A stretch of DNA of 20,000 bases from an uncultured virus (IMG/VR IMGVR_UViG_3300028886_000092) (Duplodnaviria; Heunggongvirae; Uroviricota; Caudoviricetes), in IMG/VR virus record IMGVR_UViG_3300028886_000092; one strand, given 5' to 3'. The position numbers and the translations under genes were made by a program. Each line of letters opens with the position of its first letter. Positions within the stretch are counted from its first letter, which is position 1. This document shows positions 1-7,846 of the stretch, one piece after another. A model generated the notes under the pieces. The model was not told the DNA's origin. It searched no databases and saw only the letters and a list, made by a program, of their open reading frames with translations.

Positions 1-91
1 GTACTCTCTTTATAACCTCAATCAGCTTCGCGTTGTACTCGAACTGAATCTTGTACTTGCTCGGCATAGAAGTTATATAGATAGGTTTCAT
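1..91 (-). CDS. N-terminus of an ORF running off the window, possibly an SNF2/DEAD-type helicase
   Basis: ATG at 91 just after the stop of the 95..646 ORF; reads MKPIYITSMPSKYKIQFEYNAKLIEVIKRV open to the edge. The helicase guess rests on recalled similarity to Bacteroidales phage helicase N-termini and on operon context. Confidence 0.5.
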   Translation of the reverse strand, partial: MKPIYITSMPSKYKIQFEYNAKLIEVIKRV

Positions 92-94
92 CTC

Positions 95-646
95 TTATGA
101 GGCTTTATCGAGTGGGTCCGACTCTCCTGCTTCACCTTCATTTCCGAACGGGTTCTCCGTACCCTCAAAATCAAGGGTAGTCTGAACGGCTGAATACTTG
201 TGTTCCTTAACGTACAACTTAGCCTCTTCAATAACGGCATCTACCGCCTCGTTCAGTTCAGACAGACGCTCATAGTTCTCTGCCTCTTCCTCAAGGGTTA
301 TAGGAGGCGTGTTGAGGCATAACACCTTATTGGTGACAACAAGCGTTCTACGGCCCGTCAGAACGCACGAAACGAATGAATCAGAACCACTGATGGTAAC
401 ACCAGTCACGTCCATACGTCTAACGAGATCTGCGTTAGCCTCTGAATCGGGTGCGTTCCAGTCAAACTTCTCTGCTTCTTTCTGTTCCGTCAAGTCACAG
501 AGGAACGGCACAAGCCGCTTCATCGCATCCTTCAAGTCGGAATGAACGGGATTCGCACCTTTCAGGTTCACCTCATTACCCTCATCATCAATGAAGGTGG
601 TCTCCAAACAACCGTTCTTAATGATTTTTGCTTTTTTGATAATCAT
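95..646 (-). CDS. hypothetical phage protein, 183 aa, acidic
   Basis: Long ORF co-oriented in the early operon, with an A-rich leader. Confidence 0.8.
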   Translation of the reverse strand: MIIKKAKIIKNGCLETTFIDDEGNEVNLKGANPVHSDLKDAMKRLVPFLCDLTEQKEAEKFDWNAPDSEANADLVRRMDVTGVTISGSDSFVSCVLTGRRTLVVTNKVLCLNTPPITLEEEAENYERLSELNEAVDAVIEEAKLYVKEHKYSAVQTTLDFEGTENPFGNEGEAGESDPLDKAS

Positions 647-682
647 AGTAGTGAAATTTTGAATTAGAAAAAAAGAGGAGCA

Positions 683-1102
683 TCACTTATTGCGATACTC
701 CTTAATGAAATCTTCGTAGAACCTATCAGCCGGTAGCGGAAGTTGTATGCCTAACTCTGAAGCCGCGTCCGCCTGTATCAGGTTAAGGAATTTAGTCATC
801 TGCATAGTCGTAAGGCTGGATGAGGAACCTTTCACCATCGTCTCATTGATGCCTACCTTAACAGGCCTTGCAAGAAACTTCGTGCAATAGTAGTCGTATA
901 TGTCCTGTTTCGGTTGTCCCGTCTCCTGACTTATACACTCCATCCACATCCACATGAGCGAGTTCTGTGCAACAGTCCTCGGCTCTTTCTTCCGCGAAAT
1001 GGTAAGGTCGTATGTCCCGTTCGTCAGCTTGGAGCAGAGATATTCCAACGATTGTTCCATACTGACCTTACCATCCTTCTTGATAAGTTGAGTGGTTACC
1101 AT
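683..1102 (-). CDS. NinB/Orf-like recombination mediator, 139 aa
   Basis: Start moved to ATG 1102, adjacent to the ssb stop. Motifs 'RTVAQNSLMW' and 'SSSSLTTMQMTKFL...ELGIQLP' resemble NinB; it sits next to ssb and erf. Confidence 0.65.
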   Translation of the reverse strand: MVTTQLIKKDGKVSMEQSLEYLCSKLTNGTYDLTISRKKEPRTVAQNSLMWMWMECISQETGQPKQDIYDYYCTKFLARPVKVGINETMVKGSSSSLTTMQMTKFLNLIQADAASELGIQLPLPADRFYEDFIKEYRNK

Positions 1103-1103
1103 A

Positions 1104-1643
1104 TTACCAAGGTTTATTATCCACCGGTACCGCCTGCGATGCATGTCCGTACACGCCTACAGGTGGTTGTTGTGTAGGAGCTGCAGGGGCAGGTGCATAC
1201 GGCTGTTGCACTGGAGCCTGACTGTACTGCGGGGCGGGTGCGTACTGGGGAGCCGCTGGCTGCGGAATGTAGCCAGGTTGAGGCATTACCTGCTGAGTCT
1301 GAGCCTGCGCCTTTGGTGTCAGCAGTTCGAGCACGTCGCACTGGACTTCCGTGTAAGACTTCTTTACGCCTTGCTGGTCGGTGTATTCTCCAGTGTAGGT
1401 TTTGCCCTCGATATACACCTTGTCGCCTTTGTGCAGGTATTGCTCTGCGACATCTGCCTTCTTGCCACGACAGATGATGTTGAACCACTCTGTATGGTCC
1501 GGTACTTGCGCACCGCTCTGTGTAGTGTAACATTTCTCAGTGACGGCTACAGAAAAGCGGCATGCCTTAGAGCCATCTGGAAAGCTGCGAACATCGGGGT
1601 CTTTCCCCAAGTTGCCAATAAGAATTTGTTTGTTTACGCTCAT
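1104..1643 (-). CDS. ssb: single-stranded DNA-binding protein
   Basis: 'VNKQILIGNLGKDP...TEWFNI...YLHKGDKVYIEG' OB-fold signature, Pro/Gln-rich linker, and a C-terminal tip 'DNKPW'. Confidence 0.95.
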   Translation of the reverse strand: MSVNKQILIGNLGKDPDVRSFPDGSKACRFSVAVTEKCYTTQSGAQVPDHTEWFNIICRGKKADVAEQYLHKGDKVYIEGKTYTGEYTDQQGVKKSYTEVQCDVLELLTPKAQAQTQQVMPQPGYIPQPAAPQYAPAPQYSQAPVQQPYAPAPAAPTQQPPVGVYGHASQAVPVDNKPW

Positions 1644-1645
1644 CG

Positions 1646-2653
1646 TTATTTAAGTTTAAGAGTAAATGCTCCGGCCCTTACCGACTGCTTGATATACTGC
1701 TCGTACAGATCGGCATGGTCTTTCTTGAATCTTGTTGTGTCAAAGGTGTTGGTAATGCTGTCCTTAGCTATAGTAGCAATGAACTTTCCACCATCCCAAC
1801 TCTTTATGCCGTGCTCAAGCATGGCGTTCTTCAACTGGACTTTCAACTCATCAAGCCGCTTCTTTGCAGCCGTCTCTTCTTCAAGGATGGCGGCTATGAC
1901 ATTGATAACCTGCTGAGGTAAGAGGTTATTCTCCTGGGCGGCCATAGAGGTACCAGCGTAGGCGAATCTCGACTTGTCACCAACATCATACACGAAGCCA
2001 TGATCCGTGAGTTCGTAGGTGCAGTCGAGAAGCTGCGCGATGAGGCTGTCATCCTTGCGCTCGATTGCCCACTGCTTACACTGGGAATCACGGAACCAGT
2101 TGCCAAGCAATCCCTCAACCTTCAATGTCGGGTTCTGCTTCTCGAAGAGGAAGGCATAGCTACTAAGCTGCCAAGACAGATACTCAATGAGAGCATCTTC
2201 GCCGCCAGGGTAGAGGTCAAGGTTGTTAGTCTTGGTATCAACAAGCCAGATGCCTCCGGTATCTTTCTTCTGCCAGACATTATCAATGTTACTTGCGTAC
2301 ATGATATTGTCGCTGACAGTGTACTCGTTATCGATAGGGTCGAAACCTTCACGCAACTTGATGTAGTTCTCCAACTGGGCAGACACGTCAAGGTGCCCGT
2401 TCAGTGGGAGGTCATACTCGGTTATCTTCTCTCCTGTCTTGTCATACATCTCAATGGAGTGGTGTACTGCCGTTCCCTTCTCTCCAGCCTTGGGGATAAG
2501 ATACTCTTTAACATAATCACTTGCGTCACCATAAACACCAAGGCCGGTAGCGGCCTTGATGAGTGTAGTGATACCTGATAGCTGAACTCCCTGCAGGAAA
2601 TATCCATGAGGGTTCTCGCTGAACTCAACTTGACTTTGAACTAACTGAATCAT
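1646..2653 (-). CDS. PD-(D/E)XK (Cas4/RecB-like) phage exonuclease, 335 aa
   Basis: Start at ATG 2653 overlapping the erf stop (ATGA). Motifs 'GTAVHHSIE', 'E..V......ASNIDNV...LVDTKT', 'WQLSSYA'; C-terminal coiled coil. Confidence 0.8.
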   Translation of the reverse strand: MIQLVQSQVEFSENPHGYFLQGVQLSGITTLIKAATGLGVYGDASDYVKEYLIPKAGEKGTAVHHSIEMYDKTGEKITEYDLPLNGHLDVSAQLENYIKLREGFDPIDNEYTVSDNIMYASNIDNVWQKKDTGGIWLVDTKTNNLDLYPGGEDALIEYLSWQLSSYAFLFEKQNPTLKVEGLLGNWFRDSQCKQWAIERKDDSLIAQLLDCTYELTDHGFVYDVGDKSRFAYAGTSMAAQENNLLPQQVINVIAAILEEETAAKKRLDELKVQLKNAMLEHGIKSWDGGKFIATIAKDSITNTFDTTRFKKDHADLYEQYIKQSVRAGAFTLKLK

Positions 2654-3456
2654 GCTGTAAGAGTTTGACGTTTTGCAACAATAGCATTTCCGAAAGGAGT
2701 GTTGGCGGCAATGGTTGCAGGCCAAATGTCAGTCCAACGCTGAATGAGAATCTCTATGTCATCGTTTTTCTGGCACGTTTCCAATTCTGCAATACCGAAG
2801 CCAGATGCCTTCTGGAACATGGCATTACACAACTGCGTGTTTTGGCTCAATTCGGGATGCTCCTTTGAAATATCCTGCCAGTAAGCCATCAGTTCATCGA
2901 TGCTCTGCTTTGCGTTCACATCGTTGATGAATCCTTTCAGTTGGGCACCATTGATGCCAGCCTTGGTACTCGCTGCACCTTGCGTTGCTTGCTTGGTGGC
3001 ACCCTGTTTCCCGTTGTACTCGACCTGATTGCCACAAGCGGCATTGGCATCATCGTCTTCATCTGCAACAATGCCGAGGATGGCGCAATAGGCATAACGC
3101 TTCAGATAGGTAATCATGGAGCCTATCTGCTGAAAGGCGTTAGAGGATAGTGTGCCTTGATGAAGCGGCAACTGCGATGTTACGAACTCTCCTGACGAGT
3201 GAGCAAGGGTAGTCACAAGGACTTGCCCTTGGATTGTCTGAATGACTGCGAGACCGTTCTTCTGCAACTCAGGTGCGGCTGCGCTGATGCACGCAGCGAG
3301 ATCTGCGTACTGGAACGTGTACGAGCGGCCGTCCTTCGTGGCGACTTTAACGGACTTGCTCAACTTGGGCTGCTTGAGGCTCCCTTGGAACTTTGACAGA
3401 GCTTCGGCGAGTTTGCCGATTGTTTCACTCTGCATTGGAATCATTTTTTCTTCCAT
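2650..3456 (-). CDS. ERF-family single-strand annealing recombinase
   Basis: 'LAEALSKFQ', 'YADLA', 'TTLAHSSGE', 'QQIGSMITYLKRYAYCAILGIVADEDDDAN' are typical ERF motifs. Confidence 0.9.
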   Translation of the reverse strand: MEEKMIPMQSETIGKLAEALSKFQGSLKQPKLSKSVKVATKDGRSYTFQYADLAACISAAAPELQKNGLAVIQTIQGQVLVTTLAHSSGEFVTSQLPLHQGTLSSNAFQQIGSMITYLKRYAYCAILGIVADEDDDANAACGNQVEYNGKQGATKQATQGAASTKAGINGAQLKGFINDVNAKQSIDELMAYWQDISKEHPELSQNTQLCNAMFQKASGFGIAELETCQKNDDIEILIQRWTDIWPATIAANTPFGNAIVAKRQTLTA

Positions 3457-3744
3457 TTTGATTAAATTTAATTGGTTTGACTTATGTGAGAATTAATCTC
3501 ATTTACATCTGTAAAGTTAGGCATAAAAGACAAGATAAGAAAACAGAAACTTCACCATTTTGCCACCTTAACTTTTACTAACATATTGTTGTCTGTTGGA
3601 ATATTCAGAAAACCTGCACCGCCTCCTCGGACGATGCAGGACAATGTTTTATCGTCCATAAAAGATTGATTGATTGGCAGACAATAAAACAATCACTGGC
3701 TATCCTCACGAACCGTCAGTGTCGCGGTTTGAAATGATTGATTG

Positions 3745-3819
3745 TGGGCCATCAGGGATTCGAACCCCTTCATCCCCTCCAGTCGCAACCACAGATACCA
3801 CACTGGAGCGATAGGCCCA
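3745..3819 (-). ncRNA. tRNA-like structured element (T-arm, closing stem, no clear D-arm)
   Basis: On the minus strand: TGGGCC...GGCCCA closing stem, CTCCAGT/ACTGGAG internal stem, and a GGGTTCGAATCCC T-loop hairpin. Confidence 0.45.
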
Positions 3820-3858
3820 TTAGGGAGAGGCGGCTACCTCTCCCAGTCCTGAATAAAA

Positions 3859-4107
3859 TCAATCGAGGTTTGATTTCCTATCCTCACGGACCAGATAATC
3901 AACCGTGTTCCTTACCCAGTCGGGTATCAGCAAACGCGAATACTTCAACAGGAATAAGGAATATATAATACCGATAAGGTTCACCAGATATGGACCATTG
4001 TCAATACCGATGAAACTTAACAGTGAATAGCCTCCCTCGCAGAAAATGAGGATACATGGTGAGCACACGATTGTCACCCATAATACTGCAATAATTTCTT
4101 TCTTCAT
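3859..4107 (-). CDS. small membrane protein, 82 aa
   Basis: Start ATG 4107 (MKKEIIAVLW...), two hydrophobic segments, A-rich leader. Confidence 0.65.
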   Translation of the reverse strand: MKKEIIAVLWVTIVCSPCILIFCEGGYSLLSFIGIDNGPYLVNLIGIIYSLFLLKYSRLLIPDWVRNTVDYLVREDRKSNLD

Positions 4108-4138
4108 GACTTTTATATTTAGATGGTTTGACTTGTGT

Positions 4139-4384
4139 TTAGCGTCTGTTCTTGCAATGCACCAGTACTTGTGGAGCACACACGAACCATTTGCCGTTTT
4201 GCTTATAGCATGGTTTTGAAGCTTTCACTTGCTCTGATGCGATGAGGCTTTCAAGTTTGCCGGTACCGCCTACGATATGGGCGGCAAGTTCTTTGCTGAA
4301 AGTCTCATGCTCAAAGGCAAGCAGTATGTTCTGCAGCATTGCCGACTGGGTGGCAAGCGGCACATTGTCTAAACTTACTCTCAT
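4139..4384 (-). CDS. excisionase-like winged HTH protein
   Basis: 'FSKELAAHIVGGTGKLESLIASEQVKASK...NGKWFVCAPQVL' has a MerR/Xis-like wHTH pattern; the start overlaps the upstream stop. Confidence 0.55.
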   Translation of the reverse strand: MRVSLDNVPLATQSAMLQNILLAFEHETFSKELAAHIVGGTGKLESLIASEQVKASKPCYKQNGKWFVCAPQVLVHCKNRR

Positions 4385-4599
4385 AAGAGGAACTCCTTTC
4401 TCCAGTAGTCCATTCCTTTCATGTGGATGGTATCTACAAGCACTTTGATGAGTTTCCTCTTGCTGCCTTCTACTCCGATGCTGAAAATCTCCCAGTCAGA
4501 ATCAGCAATCTGCTTCTCTGTAGCCTCAAAAAAGTAGGCAGACGTGTAAGGCATGCCAGCTCGATGAATCTGGCTTTTCAGTTTCTTGAAATTTATCAT
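4381..4599 (-). CDS. hypothetical protein, 72 aa, first ORF of the leftward operon
   Basis: ATG start; ATGA coupling to the next ORF. Confidence 0.6.
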   Translation of the reverse strand: MINFKKLKSQIHRAGMPYTSAYFFEATEKQIADSDWEIFSIGVEGSKRKLIKVLVDTIHMKGMDYWRKEFLL

Positions 4600-4962
4600 C
4601 TTCGTTAAAATTTAGGGGGTTGTAGTGGCCATGCGTGTTCCGGTGTGTACGCTTACAGCCTCCGCTGAGGCTATGGCCCCAGGCAGGACGGTTTGAAAAT
4701 GTGGAAAACCTGCCTTATAATTTAATAATGTATTTATCTACTTCTCATCTCTCTGTCCGGATGATGGACTGTTGCTCTTTGCGACCGTCCCCTCTCTTTG
4801 GGTTATAATGGTCACTCCTCCGGGGAACATTCAGCCCCGTTTCCCTCCGCCCCTATCTACCCTTAACGAGCCTCGCCCGTGTTTATGTAGCTTTGGCGTC
4901 CAATGGGGAACTCCATAATTTTTATATGATTTATGGAAGTCTGTCAAAGAACTCTTCTTCAA

Positions 4963-5053
4963 TGGCGATCATGCCAGGACTCGAACCTGATGCGCCCCTC
5001 TTGGCGCAGACCTGCGAACACACGAATTAGCATCCGCTTGTTACAATCAAGCC
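4963..5053 (-). ncRNA. second tRNA-like element in the early leader
   Basis: Minus strand has a TGCGCC/GGCGCA hairpin directly followed by the T-arm CAGG-TTCGAGT-CCTG and ends ...GATCGCCA; the acceptor stem is imperfect. Confidence 0.4.
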
Positions 5054-5079
5054 GAGAACGAGAGTTTTTGAAAGATTTC

Positions 5080-5111
5080 TTTGGTAAAATGCCTTTTTTG
5101 TCATAACTTTG
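5080..5111 (+). promoter_or_regulatory. Bacteroidetes sigma-A promoter for the repressor operon
   Basis: TTTG (5080-83), 20-nt spacer, TAACTTTG (5104-11): full consensus. Confidence 0.75.
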
Positions 5112-5136
5112 CCCTCGATTGATTGATTTGATACCG

Positions 5137-5169
5137 CAAAGGTATAACATTTGGCGCAATTATTCCAAA
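5137..5169 (-). promoter_or_regulatory. Bacteroidetes sigma-A promoter for the leftward early (lytic) operon
   Basis: Minus strand TTTG (5169-66), 21-nt spacer, TACCTTTG (5144-37). Confidence 0.75.
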
Positions 5170-5204
5170 TATTTTTGGAAGAAATTGCAACACATGGCGC
5201 AATT
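5152..5204. promoter_or_regulatory. candidate repressor operators
   Basis: TGGCGCAATT direct repeat (5152-61, 5195-5204); palindrome TTCCAAA-tatt-TTTGGAA (5163-80) over the -33 box of the leftward promoter. Confidence 0.45.
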
Positions 5205-5258
5205 TTGTGAAAAATAACGCCATTTGACACAATTTTTAACTAAAAAAACGGTTTGAAA

Positions 5259-5663
5259 ATGGAAGCAAAAGACTTTAGACAAGATGTTTTTAATCGGCTT
5301 GTCGAATTCAAGGAGCAGACAGGCTTGACCTTAAACGCATTTGCAGGAGGCATTGGAATGAAACATGCCACACTACACAATCAGTTTCATGGCAAAAGAG
5401 ACCTCTCTCTTGAAACTGTCATCAACACCCTTGCTAATTACGGAGAACTTTCAGCAGAATGGCTATTGCGTGGGAACGGTAGTATGTATCTGGTTGAGCC
5501 ATCTGTTACAACAGATGATGCCAAACAGAAAAATGATGCCCGTCTTGACACGCTTATTGACACAATAAAATTGCTGCAAGAGACTATAAAGTCGAAGAAC
5601 GCCACCATTGACGCTCTCCAGGCTGAACTTTCCAAGTATGAGAACAAATCAAAGAAAGCATGA
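5259..5663 (+). CDS. CI-like XRE/HTH phage repressor, 134 aa
   Basis: HTH 'LTLNAFAGGIGMKHATLHNQFHGKRDLS', the 'SAEWLLRGNGSM' motif typical of Bacteroidales phage repressors, and a C-terminal coiled coil. No S24 peptidase domain. Divergent from the early genes. Confidence 0.85.
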   Translation: MEAKDFRQDVFNRLVEFKEQTGLTLNAFAGGIGMKHATLHNQFHGKRDLSLETVINTLANYGELSAEWLLRGNGSMYLVEPSVTTDDAKQKNDARLDTLIDTIKLLQETIKSKNATIDALQAELSKYENKSKKA

Positions 5664-6346
5664 AAAAAGCAATTTTTATCTTGGCGTTTATTCTTCTTTG
5701 CGTTTTAGGTTGCTTTTTCAGTAATCATAATAGCATGACTAACAATAATGACACATTAGAAGATACAACAGAAGTTGGGCCTGCAACAGAAGAGAATGAT
5801 AATGCTAAAGATACAACAAAACGTGAAGTTGCAAAAGTGGAGCCGTTCCCTGAACATCTCATCGTAAGAACTCGTGATGAGATTAAGTACAGAACTCTTG
5901 TAGAACACAAGGGGCGTCAAAGGTTTGGAAGCTGCGTTTTGACAGCCATTTATTCTATTGAAGAACTGGACAATATAACGGGGAAGAAACTGAGTACTCC
6001 AAATGTAGGCTCGTTTCAGCTTGTAATGTACCTGTCACATAAAGGTGCGTACAAACCTGAGACCATCGTTCTCGTTTGCGACGGGGTGCCACATCAAATA
6101 ACTCCAAATTTCATCCAGTCTGCTGGCAGTGGGAAGTTTATTCTCCTGTTTAATATAGGAATTATGAATAGTACTTCAACGGTTCCGCGTGACATAACAA
6201 AAGCGAAAACGGTTGAAATAAGGGTTCGTTATGATAATGGGGATGATATAATTAAGGTATCGGACAAAGACCAAGAAGCCATTAAGGTTATGTATTGGAG
6301 TTTCTATAGAGATGGAGGAACAAATACTGAAGTAGATGGCTATTGA
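5660..6346 (+). CDS. putative lipoprotein or membrane-anchored protein, 228 aa
   Basis: MKK, hydrophobic core and a VLGC lipobox-like sequence, followed by an acidic linker; ATGA overlap with the repressor. Confidence 0.75.
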   Translation: MKKAIFILAFILLCVLGCFFSNHNSMTNNNDTLEDTTEVGPATEENDNAKDTTKREVAKVEPFPEHLIVRTRDEIKYRTLVEHKGRQRFGSCVLTAIYSIEELDNITGKKLSTPNVGSFQLVMYLSHKGAYKPETIVLVCDGVPHQITPNFIQSAGSGKFILLFNIGIMNSTSTVPRDITKAKTVEIRVRYDNGDDIIKVSDKDQEAIKVMYWSFYRDGGTNTEVDGY

Positions 6347-6643
6347 ATAATTATTAACTCAAAAACGGTTTGAAAATGGAAAAAGACGATTTTGTTTCCG
6401 ATTTATTGTCGGGCTGAAAAAGCAAATGAGTCCGAATATGCGAGTTTTCCTAAGTTTCAAGCAGTTTTATTGCAAAAAAGTTGTATTTATGCACTAAAAA
6501 CTGCCACAATTTACGGAAAACACGCAACTATACGGACTTTAGAGAGTAACCAATTAAGAAAATGAGCCACTTTTGACGCAAATCTTATTGTCGGTTTGTG
6601 GTCCTTCTGGCTCAAAACATTTACTTTTTATTGTCGCAAAATT

Positions 6644-7846
6644 ATGGCAAATCTTAGCGCAGTTATTGTACCTGCAAAGGTACTAAAAGGTGGGAAGCAT
6701 AAAATAAGGATCGCCGTCTCACACAATTCAAAAACACGATACATCGTAACGGATATTACAATAGATTCAGACAAAGAGTTTAAGGATGGTCGTATAGTCA
6801 AGCGGCCAGACGCAGCCATCAAGAACGTGAAGCTGCGTGGCCTGCTCGATAAGTATCAGGAGGCTCTGGACAATCTCGTCTTCGTTGAGAGCCTTTCATG
6901 TGAGGAACTTGTGTCACAACTGAAGAACAATGACAGGTACCGCCATCGTACAATCCGCTCAATATATGATGAGTATGTAACAGTTAAGTCTATAAAAGCC
7001 TCATCGCGCTCTATATATGATATTCAAATCAGAAGTATATTGCGATACCTCGGGACCGATATGCTGATGGAGAACGTGAGCTATTCTACGGTGATAGGAC
7101 TGGAGAAATACCTTACCGAACAGGGGAATTCATCAACAACTATAAGAGGTAAGCAGCTTTTCCTTATGACTCTATACTTCTTCGCTCAGAAGTGTATGTA
7201 TATACCTTTCAAGACAGACCCTTGGTTCGGATACAAGTTTCCGGAAGCTAAGGTGAGAGATGCCTGGCTAACAATAGAAGAGGTGGCAAGGATTAGGGAT
7301 GCCTCATTCAAGCAACGCCAAAGAAGTCAGGTGCGCGATATGTTCATGCTCTCATACTACCTTGGAGGAATTAACATGGTGGATATGCTCAGCATCAACT
7401 TCAACGAGTGCGGAAGGCATATTATTTACGAACGTACAAAGACAGACAGAATGTCTAAAATTAACAAGTACGTTGAGTTTGACATGCCAGACGAGGCGAT
7501 GGAAATAATCAACCGCTACAAGCAGCCTAATGGCTTGCTATTCTCAGCCTCATCAACGAGAAGCAGAAGGTTTCACCAGACGCTCGACTACAACATGAAG
7601 CGCATAGCGGAGGACTTGGGGCTTAACAAGCTCATCTTCTATTCTGCCCGTAAATCATTTGCACAACATGCTCTCGACCTCGGTATAGAGCAATGTACCA
7701 TAGACTTTATTTTGGGCCACAAACTGAACAAGAGGGGTACGAGTTTGTTCAATTATATAAAGGTAACACCTGAACTTGCAACAGATGCAGTGAAAAAAGT
7801 TTGCAGTTCTCTAAGAAATGTCGTACCTTTGCCAACGAATCAGTAA
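6644..7846 (+). CDS. int: tyrosine integrase (Bacteroidetes type with arm-binding and SAM-like domains), 400 aa
   Basis: ATG 6644; N-terminal arm-binding-like region; 'RDMFMLSYYLGGINMVD', 'YERTKT', 'FYSARKSFA', 'ILGH', and a candidate catalytic Tyr in 'FNYI'. Confidence 0.92.
   Translation: MANLSAVIVPAKVLKGGKHKIRIAVSHNSKTRYIVTDITIDSDKEFKDGRIVKRPDAAIKNVKLRGLLDKYQEALDNLVFVESLSCEELVSQLKNNDRYRHRTIRSIYDEYVTVKSIKASSRSIYDIQIRSILRYLGTDMLMENVSYSTVIGLEKYLTEQGNSSTTIRGKQLFLMTLYFFAQKCMYIPFKTDPWFGYKFPEAKVRDAWLTIEEVARIRDASFKQRQRSQVRDMFMLSYYLGGINMVDMLSINFNECGRHIIYERTKTDRMSKINKYVEFDMPDEAMEIINRYKQPNGLLFSASSTRSRRFHQTLDYNMKRIAEDLGLNKLIFYSARKSFAQHALDLGIEQCTIDFILGHKLNKRGTSLFNYIKVTPELATDAVKKVCSSLRNVVPLPTNQ
7800..7831 (+). 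promoter_or_regulatory. consensus sigma-A promoter inside the 3' end of int
   Basis: TTTG (7800-03), 20-nt spacer, TACCTTTG (7824-31). Confidence 0.7.

Noticed and set aside
1092..1916. 274-aa plus-strand ORF and other antisense or nested ORFs across the window
   Set aside because: Shadow frames of well-supported genes on the opposite strand or frame, with no recognisable motifs.
4754..4916. Possible decayed small ORF starting MEFPIGRQSYIN in the leader
   Set aside because: It stops after 17 codons; pseudogene status cannot be supported without homologues.
4963..5053. Calling the T-loop elements functional tRNA genes
   Set aside because: Acceptor, D and anticodon arms are not canonical; they are reported only as tRNA-like.
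3857..5124. 12-bp inverted match between 3857-68 and 5113-24 (CCTCGATTGATT)
   Set aside because: Tens of 12-bp matches are expected by chance within 20 kb. The position is suggestive but unsupported.
6675..6682. TACCTTTG on the minus strand inside int (antisense promoter)
   Set aside because: No matching -33 box; explained by the coding sequence (AKV).
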